This document shows positions 47,681 through 61,668 of a DNA stretch of 64,000 nt, piece by piece. The DNA is from Squalus acanthias (taxonomy: Eukaryota). The notes beneath the pieces were generated by a model. The model was not told the DNA's origin and made no database searches. It worked only from the letters and a program-made list of their open reading frames with translations. The stretch's first letter is position 1; each line of letters starts with the position of its first letter. The stretch spans positions 35,776,001 through 35,840,000 of the forward strand of contig CM059432.1 in NCBI GenBank assembly GCA_030390025.1. Direction: 5' to 3'. The position numbers and the translations under genes were made by a program.

Positions 47681-48834
47681 AAACTGAAGTCAATGGGGAT
47701 CTCCAAAAAGAAAACTCTTAAGTGTCTGGAGTTTTACCTAGCGCAAAAGAAAATGGTTATAGTTGCTGGAGGCAAATCATCTCCACCCCAGGACATCACT
47801 GCAGGAGCTCCTCGGGATAATTTTTTATTCATTTATGGGATGTGGGCATCGCTGGCAAGACCAGCATTTATTGCCCATCCCTAATTGCCCTTGAGAAGGT
47901 GGTGGTGAGCTGCATTGTTGAACCACTGCAGTCCTTGTGGTGATGGTACTCCCACAGTGCTGTTAGGGAGGGAATTCCAGGATTTTGACCCAGCGACGAT
48001 GAAGGATCGGCGATATACTTCCAAGTCAGGATGGTGTGTGACTTGGAGGGGAACTTGGAGGTGGTGGTGTTCCTATGCGCCTGCTGCCCTTGTCCTTCTA
48101 GGTCGTAGAGGTAGCGGGTTTGGGAGATGCTGCTGAAGAAGTCTTGGCGAGTTGCTGCAGTGCATCTTGTAGATGGTACACACTGTAGCCACGGTATGCC
48201 AGTGGTGGAGGGAGTGAATGTTTGAGGTGGTGGATGGGGTGCCAATCAAGCGGGCTACTTTGTCCTGGATGGTGTTGAGCTTCTTGAGTATTGTTGGAGC
48301 TGTACTCATCCAGGCAAGTGGAGAGTATTCCATCACACTCCTTACTTGTGCGTTGTAGATGGTGGAAAGGCTTTGGGGAGTCAGAAGCTGAGACACTCGC
48401 CGCAGAATACCCAGCCTCTGACCTGCTCTTGTTGCCACAGTATTTATGCGGCTGTTCCAGTTAAGTTTTTGGTCAATGGTGACCCCAGAATGTTGATGGT
48501 GGGGGATTCGGCAATGGTAATGCTGTTGAATGTCAAGGGGCAGTGGTTAGACTCTCGCTTGTTGGAGATAGTCATTGCCTGGCACTTCTGTGGCGCGAAT
48601 GTTACTTATCAGCCCAAGCCTGAACGTTGTCCAGGTCTTGTTGCATGCGGGCATGGACTGCTTCGTTATCTGAGGAGTTGTGAATGGCACTGAACACTGT
48701 GCAGTCATCAGCGAACATCCCCACTCCTGACCTTATGTTGGAGGGAAGGTTGTCCTTCTAGCTGGTAGAGATCGTGAGTTTGGGAGGTGCTGTTGAAGAA
48801 GCCTTGACGAGTTGCTGCCGTGCATCTTGTAGAT

Positions 48835-49571
48835 CAGTGGTTCTCAAACTGGGGTCTACGGACTCCTGGGGGTGCGTAGAGACTTTCTAGGGGGTCCGCA
48901 AAATAATGTGAAAGTGCTTACCGAGCAGGGGATTTATCCAAACGGCAATTTTTAATCGGGCTGGCCCGGAGGATTGGCAGCTTGGATCCCCTGCAGTAGG
49001 TCGACAGACTCCTGCAACCAACGTTAAACAAAGATTTCACCCATTTCCGCTCGTGTACTAATCCCAGCCTTCCCAAGGATCGAAGTATTCGAGAATTCTG
49101 ATCGTACTTTAAACAAGGTGGCTCTGCGCAAATGTATTAGGGACTTGGGAATGGTTTGCTGATAGATACTGAACAAAAGCAAACTCCGTGCTCGGGTTGC
49201 TTCAGATGTGTGATGTCAAACTACTTCATGTCATTGGTAATCTGATCTGAACACTTATACTCAGTACGAAAGTCCCTGACTCCCGTAAAGCAAAAGGTGA
49301 GAAATAACGATCTCTGAATTCTCATAAATTCATTGAAATGTGCAATATAACAATGATCATACATCACTTCCAAAGGCAGCAAGGCTATGAAGAAAGGCTT
49401 AAAATATTAGGGCACTTCTACTGGAACAGAGAAGATTAAGTGGTGGGGGGTGGAATCTAACAGAGGTTTTGAGTATTATATAGTATTATAATTTAGATTG
49501 GGGGGAGGTGTCTGTGATTAATAATCCATTTGAAAAGTGGTCCTTCAACCAAAAAAGTTTGAGAACCACGG
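48835..49571. mobile_element. hAT (Charlie-like) non-autonomous transposon
   Basis: TIRs cagtggttctcaaact / agtttgagaaccacgg. Degenerate 8-bp TSD ttgtagat / cagtagac within a LINE. Confidence 0.8.
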
Positions 49572-51111
49572 CAGTAGACGGTACACACTGCAGACACGGT
49601 GCTCCAATGGTGGAGGGAGTGAATGTTTAAGTTGGTGGATGGGGTGCCAATCAAGTGGGCTGCTTTGTCCTGGATGGTGTCAAGCTTCTTGAGTGTTGTT
49701 GGAGCTGCACTCATCCAGGTAAGTGGAGAGTATTTCATCAAACTTCTGACTTGTGCCTTGTAGAAGATGGAAAGGCTTTGGGGAGTCAAGAGGTGAGTCA
49801 CTCGCTGCAGAGTACTCAGCTTCTGACCTGCTCTTGTAGCCACAGTATTTATGTGGCTGGTCCAGTTAAGTTTCTGGTCGATGATGACCCCACGATGTTG
49901 ATGGTGGGGGATTCGATTATGATAATGCTGTAGAATGTTAAGAGGAGGTGGTTAGACTTTCTCTTGTTGGAGATGGTCATTGCCTGGCACTTGTGTGGCG
50001 CGATAGTTACCTGCCACTTATCAGCTCAAGCCTGAATGTTGTCCAGCTCTTGCTGCATGTGGGCACAGACTGCTTAATTATCTGAGGAGTTGCAAATGGA
50101 ACTCGGCACTATGCAATCATCAGCGAACATTAGTGTATAACTTTTATTGTTAGCCTTGGCTCAGTGGTAGCACTTTCATCTCTGGGTCAGAAGGTTGTGG
50201 GTTCAAGTTCCACTCCAGGTACATGAGCACATAATCTAGGTTAACACTTTAATGCAGTACTGAGGGAGTGCTGCACTGTCGAAGGTCCCGTCTTTCAGAT
50301 GAGACGATAAAATGAGGACCAGTCTGACCTCTCAGGTGGACGTAAAAGATCCCATGGTACTATTTCGATGAAAAGCAGGGGTGTCCTGGCCAATATTTAT
50401 GCCTCAACCAACATCTAAAAACAGATTATTTGGTCATTATCCCATTGCTGTTTGTGGGACCTTGCTATGCACAAATTGGTGGTGCGTTTCCTACATTACA
50501 ACAGTAACTACACTTCAAAAGTACTTAATTGGCTGTAAATTGCTTTGGGACACCCCAAGGTCGTGAAAGGCGCTATATAAATGCAAGTCTTCCTTCATTT
50601 TCCTTTTTTATTATTTTTCTTTTGAGGAATTAGATAAAATTTCCGCAGTAAATATATATATGTATTATATTGCTATTATTTTATTCATTGTTTTTTATAT
50701 ATTCGTTTAACTGTTTATACGTAAAATGAGGTCCAATGTGGTACTGTACTGCTTTCGAAGGCAAGAGAAGAGTCTTGTGGAAGCACAAGATAATTGCCAT
50801 TAGGTAAGGTAATTAACAGAAAAGATTTTATGCTTGTTATCCTGGACATGTTATCGTAAGCATACTTGAAAATTCAGGCTAGTGAAGACCTTTTCAAAGG
50901 CAAGGAGTTGGAACTCACCTTTGAGAAGCTGCAAATCTAGATAACCATTATTTTTTATATATAAAAGAATTCCAAATACCCTTCAGTCATTCCCAGACAT
51001 CAGTTATAAGAAAAGATTACAGTGGGCTCAACATCTGCTAAGGTTTTCTGTCATTTTTATTACTTGTGTTAATAGTTTTTTCAGTACCTTGTCATCTTTT
51101 GGTGCTTACAG

Positions 51112-51239
51112 ATTGGGATTGAGCCAGTTGAAGAAACGCAGGTTGGAGAAGTTAGCAGAGAAGGATTTGGAATTGGAGTGGCTCCCACATCAGCTAAAGC
51201 CAAGAAGTTAAAAACTAAAAAGAGCAAAGACGCAGCTGG
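51112..51239 (+). CDS. KIF9: KIF9 coding exon H
   Basis: gcttacag / gttagt. IGIEPVEETQVGEVSREGFGIGVAPTSAKAKKLKTKKSKDAA(G), with the KIF9-like VGE...FG.GVAP motif. 128 nt, ends in phase 2. Confidence 0.88.
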
Positions 51240-54200
51240 GTTAGTGGCTTTAAGTTTTTTGTTGGATTTATCTCTGTCTCCTCCATCAGCTCTGGCCTCT
51301 GTGCAGCCTGCTTGATCAAAATTTCTGGACAATGTTATTGTGATGGCACAGCCTTCTTATTGTGTCAATCAGTCATCATAGAATGATACAGCACAGAATG
51401 AGGCCGTTCGGCCCATTGTGGCTGTGCCGGCTCTTCAAAAGAGCTACCAAATTAGCCCCACTACCCCACTCTTTCCCCATAGCCTTGCAAATTTTATTGG
51501 GCCAGATTTTGCTGCAGCACGGCATCTAACCGCATCTGTCATTAGTTAGACTTGCCCCTGCACCCTTCAGCTCAAAGATTTTTCCCACTAAGTTGCTGAA
51601 AGTGCGAGCTGATAACAGTGCAATGAGGGAAACAGGGCATCTCGGACCTGAATGAACAGGGCAACCAACTGTGTATCTCCTTAACCAATCAGATTGAAAG
51701 ATTAAGAAATAAATAGCGGCAGGACTGAAAAGAAAGTGTAAATTAGAGATGGGGAATTCACTGTCAAATCAGGTAGAATCATAGAATAATGAAGCACAGA
51801 AGGAGGCCATTCGGTCCATCATGCCTGTGACAACTCTTTGATAGAGCTATCCAATTAGTCCTATTCTCCTGCTCTTTCCCATAGGGTCAGCTGTGGCTTA
51901 GTTGGTAGCACACTCGCCTCTGAGTCAGAAGGTTGTGGGTTCAAGTCTCACTCCAGGGACTTGAGCACATAAAGCTAAGCTGACACTGCAGTGCAGTGCT
52001 GAGGGAATGCTGCACTGTCGGAGGTGCCGTCTTTCGGATGCGACGTTAAACCGAGGCCCCGTCTGCAACGTTAAACCGAGGGCCCGTCTGCTCTATCAGG
52101 TGGGAGTTATCCCCGGTGTCCTGGCCAATATTTATCACTCAACCAACATAACAAAATCAAATTATCTGGTCATCTGATTATCTGTGTGCAAATTGGCTGC
52201 CGCGTTTCCCACATTACAACAGTGACTACACTCCAAAAGTATTTCATTGGCGTTTTGAGATGTCCGGTGGTTGTGAAAGGCGCTATATAAATGCAAGTCT
52301 GTCTTTCTTTCTTTCTTAGCCCTTTAATCTTTTTTCCTTCAAGTATATATCCAATTCCCTTTTGAAAATTACGATTGAATCTTCTTCCACCACCCTTCCA
52401 GGCAGTGCATTCCAGATCACAACAACTCAATGCGTACATTTTTTTCCCCTCATGTCGCCTCTGTTTTTTTTGCCAATCACCTTAAATCTGTGTCCTCTCG
52501 TTACTGACCCTTCTGCCACTGGAAACAGTTTCTCCTTATTTACTCATCAAAACCCTTCATGATTTTGAACACCTCTATTAAATCTCCCCTTAACCTTCTC
52601 TGCTCTAAGGGGAATAACCTCAGCTTCTCTAGTCTCAGTGTCAGCTGTGGCTCAGTTGGTGGCACCCTCACCTCTTGTGTCAGAAGGTTGTAGGTTCAAG
52701 TCCTGCTCGAGACATAAGCACAAAAATCTAGACTGACACTCCAGTGTAGTATTGAGGGAGTGCTGTGCTGTCGGAGGTGCCGTCTTTCAGATGAGATAAG
52801 AACATAAGAACATAAGACATAGGAGCAGGAGTAGGCCATTCGGCCCCTCGAGTCTGCTCCACCATTCAATAAGATCATGGCTGATCTTCTACCTCAACTC
52901 CACCTTCCTGCCCGATCCCCATACCCCTTGATTCCCTTAATATCCAAAAAATCGATCTTTGTCTTGAATATACTCAAGGACTGAGCCTCCACAGCCCTCT
53001 GGGGTAGAGAATTCCAAAGATTCACCACCCTCTGAGTGAAGAAATTTCTCCTCATCTCAGCCCTAAATGGCCGACCCCTTATTCTGAGACTGTGACCCCT
53101 GGTTCTAGACTCCCCAGCCAGGTGAAACATCCTCCCTGCATCTACCTTTTCAGGCCCTGTAAGAATTTTGTATGTTTCAATGAGAGCACCTCTCATTCTT
53201 CTAAACTCTAGAGAATATAGGCCTAGCCTACTCAATCTCTCCTCATAGGACAATCCCCCCATCCCAGGAATCAGTCTGGTGAACTTTTGTTGCACTCCCT
53301 CTCTGGCAAGTAAGGAGACCAAAACTGTACACAATACTCCAGGTGTGGTGTCGCCAGGGCCCCATATAATTGCAGTAACATCTTTACTCTTGTACTCAAA
53401 TCCTCTTGTAATAAAGGCCAACATACCATTTGCTTTCTTAAGTGCTTGTTGTCCCTGCATGTTAACTTTCAGTGATTCGTGTACAAGGATACCCAGGTCC
53501 CTCTGAACACCAACATTTCCTAAACTCTCACCATTTAAAAAATACTCTGCTTTTCTATTTTTCCTACCAAAGTAGATAACTTCACATTTCTCCACATTAT
53601 ATTCCATTTGCCATGTTCTTGCCCACTCACTTAGCCTGCCTATATCCCCTTGAAGCCTCTTTGCATCCTCCTCACAACTTACATTCCCACCTAGCTTTGT
53701 TTCATCAGCAAAATTGGATATATTACATTTGGTCCCCTCATCCACATCATTGATATAGATTGTGAATAGCTGAGGCCCAAAGACACCACTAGTTACAGCC
53801 TGCCAACCCGAAAATGACCCGCTTATTCCCACTCTCTGTTTTCTGCCCGTCAACCAATCCTCAATCCATGCTAGTATATTACCCCCAATCCCGTGAGCCC
53901 TAATTGTGTTTAATAACCTCTTGTGTGTCACCTTATCGAATGCCTTCTGAAAATCCAAATACACCACATCTACTGGTTCCCCCTTATCTATTCTGCTAGT
54001 TACAACCTTAAAAAAACTTGTAACAGATTCATCAAACATAATTTCTTTTTTATAAATCAGTGTTGACTCTGCCCAATCCTATTATTATTTTCTAAGTGCC
54101 CTGTTACCACGTCCTTAATAATAGATTCTAGCATTTTCCCTACTACTGATGTCAGGCTAACTGGTCTGTAGTTCCCCGTTTTCTCTCTCCCTCCTTTCTT

Positions 54201-54490
54201 AAATAGTGGGGTTACATTTGCTACCTTCCAATCCGCGGGAACCGTTCTAGAATCTATGGCATTTTAGAAGATGACAACCAATGCATCCACTATCTCTATA
54301 GCCACCTCTTTCAAAACCCTAGGACATAGGCCATCAGGTCCCGGGGATTTATCAGCTTTCATCCCATTAATTTCTCCAGTACTATTTTTTTAATAATAAT
54401 TTCTTTCAGTTCCTCATTCTCACTAGACCCTTGGTTCTCCACTATTTCCGGGAGGTTTATTGTGTCTTCTTCCGTGAAGACAGACACAAA

Positions 54491-55560
54491 GGGCTGGATT
54501 TTCATTGACCCGTGGAGGCGGGTTTGGAGGCGTGTGGGGGGTTAAAATTGCGAAAACTGGCGGGCGGGCGGGCACAAGTCCGCCTCCATGCAATTTTCAT
54601 TAAATCGTGTCTGCTGGTCCCGACTCCGTCCCACCTTTACGAAGCGGGATAGGCTGTTAAGGCCATTAACAAGCACTAAATTGGCTCTATAATGCCATTT
54701 TGAAAGGTCTTTGTGATTTTAACCCTTGTTCTACGTGAAGTACACCTGTTCTGAAACACGATTGTGAAACCTGGCGGGAGCACATTTTGAAAGCTGACTA
54801 TCAGCTGCAGGTCCACTATTACAATGGAGAAGTAGTGCAGGAAACTCTTGTTTAACCGGCACCTAAATATCCGGAATTCTCTCTTAACCGGCAAAAATCA
54901 TCCTCCGAAAACTCCTCTCAAATAACCGGCAATGTTGCCGAGTCGCAGTCCGAGTCTCCCGCGAACGGCGAGTACTCCGAAAACTCCTCTCAAATAACCG
55001 GCAATGTTTCTGAGTCCGAGCCCGAGCCCGCGAACGCCGAGTTAGTCAGTGGGGGTAGTACTGTACTTAATCAAGCATCTTCCACCATCCATTTAACACA
55101 ACATTCTGTAGGTGAATACCCAAATACTGTATACTGCACATTTCTTGATTTTTTTATTTTTCTTTGTTAAAAATAGCCTCGGTAGATATAACTCTCCATT
55201 ATCCGGAACTTTCGATCAACCGGCACCATGCCGGTCCCGTCGGTGCCGGATACCAAAGAGTTTCCTGTAGTAGGAAAAATATCTGGGAGCAGACCTAGGG
55301 CTGCTGCTGCTCATCCAGGTCCTCTCACAGCAAAGGCCAGGCAGTCTTTGCAGACCTTCAATGCAGCAGCAATGATGACATCATCAGAGGCGACTTTCAG
55401 ACTGAAAACACTAATTGGGTCATGGGTTCCCACTTGCTGGAACTCAATTGCCCAATTAGGTGAAAATCGCATCAATCTCCCACATCCAATTGCAGTCGGG
55501 TGGATAACACGAAAAGTGGATAACACGACCCCAACCCGCCCCAGTATCAAAATCCAGCCC
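54491..55560. mobile_element. Harbinger-type non-autonomous transposon
   Basis: Perfect 12-bp TIRs gggctggatttt / aaaatccagccc. 3-bp TSD aaa restores the CR1 sequence gacacaaagtattt. Confidence 0.88.
54838..55267. mobile_element. Tc1/mariner (pogo/Tigger-like) MITE nested in the previous element
   Basis: TIRs caggaaactcttgtttaaccggcacc / ggtgccggataccaaagagtttcctg with tg / ta flanks. Internal ~73-bp direct repeat. Confidence 0.7.
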
Positions 55561-57399
55561 AAAGTATTTATTTAATTTCCCTGCCATTTCCTTATTCCCC
55601 AGTATAATTTCTCCTGTCTCAGCCTGTAAGGGACCCACATTTACTTTTGCTAATCTTTTCCTTTTTACATACCTATAGAAGCTTTTACAGTCTTTTTATG
55701 TCTGTCGCTAGTTTACTCTCGTATTCTATTTTCCCTTTCTTTATCAATTTCTTGGTCCTCCTTTGCGAAATTCTAGAATCCTCCCAATCCTCAGGCTTAC
55801 TACTCTTTTTGGCAACATTATAAGCATCTTCCTTTGATCTAATACTATCTTTAACTTCTCTTGTTAGCCACGGTTGGACCACATTTCCTGTGGGGGGTTT
55901 AGTGCCTAAAAGGAATGTATATTTGGAATAAATTATTTATTAATTCTTTAAATGCTAGCCATTGCTTGTCTACCATCATATCTTTTAATGTTGTTTCCCA
56001 ATCTACCTTAGCCAACTCGCCCCTCATACCTACATAGTTTGCTTTGTTTAGATTTAAGACCCTAGTTTTGGATTTAACTAAATCACTTTCGAACTTAATA
56101 TAAAATTCCATCATATTATGGTCACTCTTCCCTAAAGGCCCCTTTACTGCAAGATTGTTAATTAACCCTTTCTCATTGCACAATACTAGATCTAAAATGG
56201 CCTGTTCCCTAGTTGGTTCCTCAGCATACTGATCTAGAAAATTATCTTGTATACATTCCATGAATTCGTCCTCCACACTATTACTGCAAATTTGGTTTGC
56301 CCAGTCTATATGTAGATTAAAGTTCCCCCATGATTACTTTATTACCCTTGTTACATGAGCCTCTAATTTCCTGATTTATACTCTGCCCTACATTACAACT
56401 ACTGTTTGGGGGCCACTCTCACCAATATTTTCTGCCCTTTTCTGTTTCTTAGCTCCATCCAAACTGATTCTACTTCTTGATTTTCGGAGCTAAGATCCTT
56501 TCTCTCTACGTCTTTAGCCCATCCTTTAATATCAGGGCTACCCCTCCTCCTTTTCCATTTTGCCTATCTCTTCTAAAAGTTAAGTATCCTGGAATATTTA
56601 GTTCCCAACCTTGGTCACTTTGCAACCATGTCTCCGTAATGGCTCTTAGATCAAACCTATTAATTTCTATCTGAGCTATTAATTCATCTCTTTTGTTGCG
56701 AATGCTTCGCGCATTCAGATATAGTGCCTTTAGCTTTGACTTTTTTTCTATTTTTCCCTGATATCACCTTAGTCACTAATGCCCTATTACCTTTGTTACT
56801 CTCTCTGTCCTTTTCTGACCCACTCTGCTTATTTTTACCCAAAACTCTGCTCTGCTTTGGAGACTTGACATTTCTCTTGCTGCTTTTAAATTTACTCTTT
56901 CCTGAATCCTCCCACCGCCCCCTCCCCCCCACCCCCCGTCATTAGTTTAAAGCCCTGTCCACTGCCCTAGTTATTCAATTCGCCAGGACACTGGTTCCAG
57001 CCCAGTTTAAGTGGAGCCCGTCCCAACGGAACAGCTCCTTCTTTCCACAGTACTGGTGCCAGTGCCCCATGAAGCAAAACCCCTGCCTCCCACACCAAGG
57101 CCCCGTCTGCTCTTTCAGATGGACGTAAAAGATCCCATGGCACTATTTCGAAGAAGAGCAGGGGAGTTATCCCCGGTATCCTGGCCAATATTTATCCCTC
57201 AATCAACATCACTAAAACAGATTATCTGGTCATTATCACATTGCTGTTTGTGGAAGCTTGCTGTGCACAAATTGGCTGCCGCGTTTCCTACGTTACAACA
57301 GTGATTACACTTCAAAAGTACTTCATTGGCTGTAAAGCACTTTGGGACGTCCGGTGGTCGTGAATGACGCTATATAAATGCAAGTCTTTCTTTCACATA

Positions 57400-59340
57400 A
57401 TTGAAGTCCCCCAGCCCTGGTACCATTCCAGTGAATCTCCTCTGCATGCTCTCTAAGGCCTTGGCATCCTTCCTAAAGTGTGATGCCCAGAAGTGGCCAC
57501 ACTACTCCAACTGAGGCCTAACCAGTGATTTATAAAGGTTCAGCAGAACTTCCTTGCTTTCGTACTCTATACCTCTGTTTATAAAGCCAAGGATACCGTA
57601 TGCTTTTTTAACAGCCTTCTCAACGTGTCCTGCCACCTTCAAAGATTTGTGTACGTACACCCCCAGGCCTCTCTGTTCCTGCACCCTTTTTAAAATTGTA
57701 GCATTTAGTTTATATTGCCTTTCCTCATTCGTCCTACCAAAATGTATCACTTCACACTTTTCTGCATTAAATGTCATCTGCCATGTGTCTGCCCATTTCA
57801 CCAGTCTATGTCTGTTACTACCCACTGTTTATTACGTTTCTGAATTTTGTGTCATCTGCAAACTTTGAAATTATTTCCTGTATACCCAAGTCCAGGTCAT
57901 TAATATTTATCAAAAACAACAGTGTTCCTAATACCGAGCATTTATTGCCCGTGCCTAGTTGCCCTTGAGAAGCTGGTGGTGAGCCGCCTTCTTGAGCCGC
58001 TGCAGTCCGTGTGGTGAAGGTACCCCCACAGTGCTGTTAGGGAGGGAGTTCCAGGATATTGACCCAGCGATGATGAAGGAACGGCGATATACTTCCAAGT
58101 CAGGATGGTGTGTGACTTGGAGAGGAACTTGGAGGTGGTGGTTTTTCCATGCGCCTGCTGCCCTTGTCCTTCTAGGTGGTAGAGGTCGCGGGTTTGGGAG
58201 GTGCTGCCGAAGAAGCCTTGGCGAGTTGCTGCAGTGCATCTTGTAGATGGTACACACTGCAGCCACGGTACGCCGGTGGTGGAGGGAGTGAATGTTTAAG
58301 GTGGTGGATGGGGTGTCAATCAAGCGGGCTGCTTTTTCCTGGATGGTGTCGAGCTTCTAGTGTGTTGTTGGAGCTGCATTCATCCAGGCAAGTGGAGAAT
58401 ATTCCATCACACTCCTTACTTGTGCCTTGTAGATGATGGAAAGGCTTTGGGGAGTCAGGAGGTGAGACACTCGCCGCAGAATACCCAGCCTCTGACCTGC
58501 TCTTGATGCCACAATATTTATGTGGCTGGTCCAGTTAAGTTTCTAGTCAATGGTGACCCCCAGAATGTTAATAGTGGGGGATTCGGCGATGGTAATGCCG
58601 TTGAATGTCAAGAGGCGGTGATTAGACTCTCGCTTGTTGGAGATAGTCATTGCCTGGCACTTGTGTGGCGCGAATGTTACCTGCCACTTATCAGCCCAAG
58701 CCTGAATGTCGTCCAGGTCTTGTTGCATGCGGGCATAGACTGCTTCGTTATCTGAGGAGTTGTGAATGGCACTGAACACTGTGCAGTCATCAGCAAACAT
58801 CCCCATTTCTGACCTTATGTTGGAGGGAAGGCCATTGATGAAGCAGCTGAAGATGGTTGGGCCTAGGACACTGTCCTGAGGAACTCCTGCAGTGATGTCC
58901 TGGGGCTGTGATGATTGACCTTCAACCACCACAACCATCTTCCTTTGTGCTCGGTATGACTTCAGCCAGTGGAGAGTTTTCCCCCTGATTCCCACTGACT
59001 TCAGTTTTACTAGGGCTCCTTGATGCCACACTCAGTCAAATGCTGTCTTGATGTCAAGGGTAGTCACTCTCACCTCACCTCTGAAATTCAGCTCCTTTGT
59101 CCATGTTTGGACCAAGGCTGTAAAGAGGTCTGGAGCCAAGTGGTCCTGGCGGAACCCAAACTGGCCTTGGAGGATTCGAAGATTGTGGCCAGAGCCTCCG
59201 TTATTGCCACCCTTACTTCCCTCCCCAACCTTAAAAGCATCCCATTCAGACTGGGTGACTTTTCTACTTTGAACACTGCCAAACTTTCAAGTATCTCCTC
59301 TTTATCTATTTTCATCCTATTAATTTCTCTACTGCCTCCA
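57400..59340 (-). mobile_element. CR1 fragments (57400..57935, 59165..59340) flanking a CR1/L2-group LINE (57937..59165)
   Basis: RT-motif ORFs 57502..57825, 58543..59031 and 59088..59462. Confidence 0.85.
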
Positions 59341-59544
59341 CACTTGTTATAGTTAATTTTCAGTGCCAGAGAGGTTGATTCGCAGTAATTAACAATGATC
59401 ACGTCATTAAAAGGGTACTTACGCTTGTAATGACAAGACTTAACTTTCTGTGGCGAGTTCATTTAGTATCTACCGCATAAATACAGCAACTTCACGACAT
59501 TTAATGCATGTCAGTGGTGAGGCAGACAGCAAAATGCCGTTTTT

Positions 59545-59700
59545 CTCTATGGGACAGACAGAACCCTATGGGTCAGTGATGAGACAGGCAAAACCTTATG
59601 GGTCAATACCTGTTTCTCATGGGACTGATGGAACCCTATGGGTCAGTACCTGTCAGTAATTGGGCAGGCAGAACCCTATGAGTCAGTACCTGTCAGTGAT
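59545..59700. repeat. Short degenerate tandem repeat (..cagaaccctatgggtcagtacctgtcagt..)
   Basis: aaccctatgggtcagt or a close variant occurs four times. Confidence 0.8.
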
Positions 59701-59857
59701 ATTACTTTGCTGTAGAGTTATTTTTACATTTCCGATCTGCTAGTAGGCGGGATTCTGGATAACTGTCTTTAAATCTGAACTGTCTAGATTAAATCTGAAT
59801 GTTTAGTGAGAGTGCCTGTTTCCTGTTAAGTTGATGTTTATTTTCTGTTTACACTAG

Positions 59858-60034
59858 CATTACCAAGAAGGAACGCGCTTCCATCTCTGGAAAAGATGCA
59901 GAATTGGTTTTCCAGGTGAAAGAACCTGTTCGTGTTGTTCCTCCAAAAGATCCAGCACAGAGAGAGCAAGAGGTACTGAGTGCTGAATCTGTGCGGTCAG
60001 AATCGGCTGTCAAATTGGAAGAGGCTAGGTCCAG
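59858..60034 (+). CDS. KIF9: KIF9 coding exon I (poorly conserved linker)
   Basis: ttttctgtttacactag / gtaagc. Open in phase 2-2: (G)ITKKERASISGKDAELVFQ...KLEEARS(R). Position and phase fit the RKE...GKD linker of KIF9. The gene continues beyond the window. Confidence 0.8.
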
Positions 60035-60516
60035 GTAAGCAGAGGCGTTTCAGGGAAGACTTGCGTGTGGGAAGCAGAAGTCAAGGGCTCAGAGATCAGT
60101 AGAACTTACAGTATAACTCTCCTCTTGTAGTGATGTTTGTCACTGATTGGATTGGTTTGGGAAGGGGAACAGTGGTGGTCTGGTGAGGACAGTATAAATG
60201 CGTTCGAAATGTATCTTTGGAAAGAAAAGGTAATTGAGGGATATGGTGAAAAGGCAAGAGATCTATTAAGAAAAGGTAGAAAGCTTATTAGGCCCAATGG
60301 CCTTTTCTATTCTTAAGTTTTGTTCTGTCCTTTGAAGGATTGTTGTGGTGCCTTTTGGGATAGGAAGTGATTCCAGAAGGGAAGACCATTGTATCAGCAA
60401 TAATGGTAATGGCCTGAGGAAAACGGTGAGGGCAGACATTTAACACACAGCTGTGCGTTTTGTGACTAAAAAACAGACGGCCAGGAGTCAAAAATCGTTC
60501 GGGATGAGGGCACCGC

Positions 60517-61668
60517 TGAAGGGTTATTTATTAGTCCTAGCCCCTTTGGGGCTATCCCGGATCAGGCGTATTTCTCAGACGTTCACTTTCAACTAAAGTT
60601 TGAGGTAGCCGAATCCTAAAGACGCTTAACTGGGTCTAAAGTCCGGGCTATCTCTCCCTAAAGGAAAGGAACAACCCGAGAATGTTACCACCCTCCAGAT
60701 AGCGCTTTTAATAAGTTTAGCTAGACGGTAACGTCCCGGATATTATGAGGGTCCGGAGAACTCCTTCAGAATTATGTAACTCTTCACCAAAGAGTGTACA
60801 GAGATTGAGTTTGCGAGTTATTGATACAGAAGACTTATGTGAGACAATTCTAAAAATATATAGAGATTTATTAAAGAACCGACATGCAATTTACAGTTGG
60901 TGAATCAGTCAATCACAACGTTAACAGTTCTAAAAAGAGAAAAAATACGATCTTTTTAACAGAGAATCTTACTTTTAAATCTTAACTTCGCTACAGTATT
61001 ACAGTTCTTAAAGTTTTCTATACAGGATATGCATCAATATCAAATACCTTTGATCCCCGAGGTACAAAGAGTGGTAGACCACAGAGCCGCCTCTGTAGCC
61101 GAGAATCGCTTTGCCCGATTAAAGCGACTCTGATATCCCATTTGAGAGTTCAATATTTATACCCTTTTTGAGTGGTGTTTCCTTTAAAGTTTTCTGCTGA
61201 TGCAAGTTAATTATCCCTATTCATCTTTCTTCCGACCTCTGCAATTCTTTACTGCTACATCAGCTTGTAATATTCCAGAATCTTGTATTTCTCCAGGTGT
61301 TCTGGGTTAACCATATAAAATGGTGTGAAGGGCAGGTGTTCCTTATTTTGTGTCATCTTTACGAGGGCAGATGTTCCTTATTTTATGTGCCATCTTTACA
61401 AAGTTTAAATTAAAACACCTTATCCAGGGTGAACCATTGTTTTTGTTCCCAAAAGTCTGCCTGCCGGAGCCATGCACCTTCTGTTTCAATAAGGTTATTT
61501 ATTCAGGGTCAACAACTGTCTTATCTCAATAGCCAGAATTCTTTCATAGCTATTTCATAGTTAGGTTTCTAAATTTCCAAACCCAGTTTGTCATGTTTTA
61601 ATAAGGCCAGAATTCTTTCATAAGATAGTGTATTTTTCTGAATAGGTTATATAGCTTATTCCTTCACA
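60517..61668 (-). mobile_element. Solo LTR related to 13990..15450
   Basis: Same termini (tgaaggg... / ...attccttcaca). TSD ccgc/cctc with one mismatch. Minus-strand TATAAATA near 61158 and AATAAA near 60870. Confidence 0.8.

Larger units (their letters stand above)
52798..57097 (-). mobile_element. CR1 LINE (end of ORF1 to 3' tail) inserted into a SINE
   Basis: (aacataag)n tail, RT ORF 52894..54039 and APE fragments. ORF1 ends RAVDRALN* at 56942. The SINE halves ...gatgaga | ccaaggccccgtctg flank it. Confidence 0.9.
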
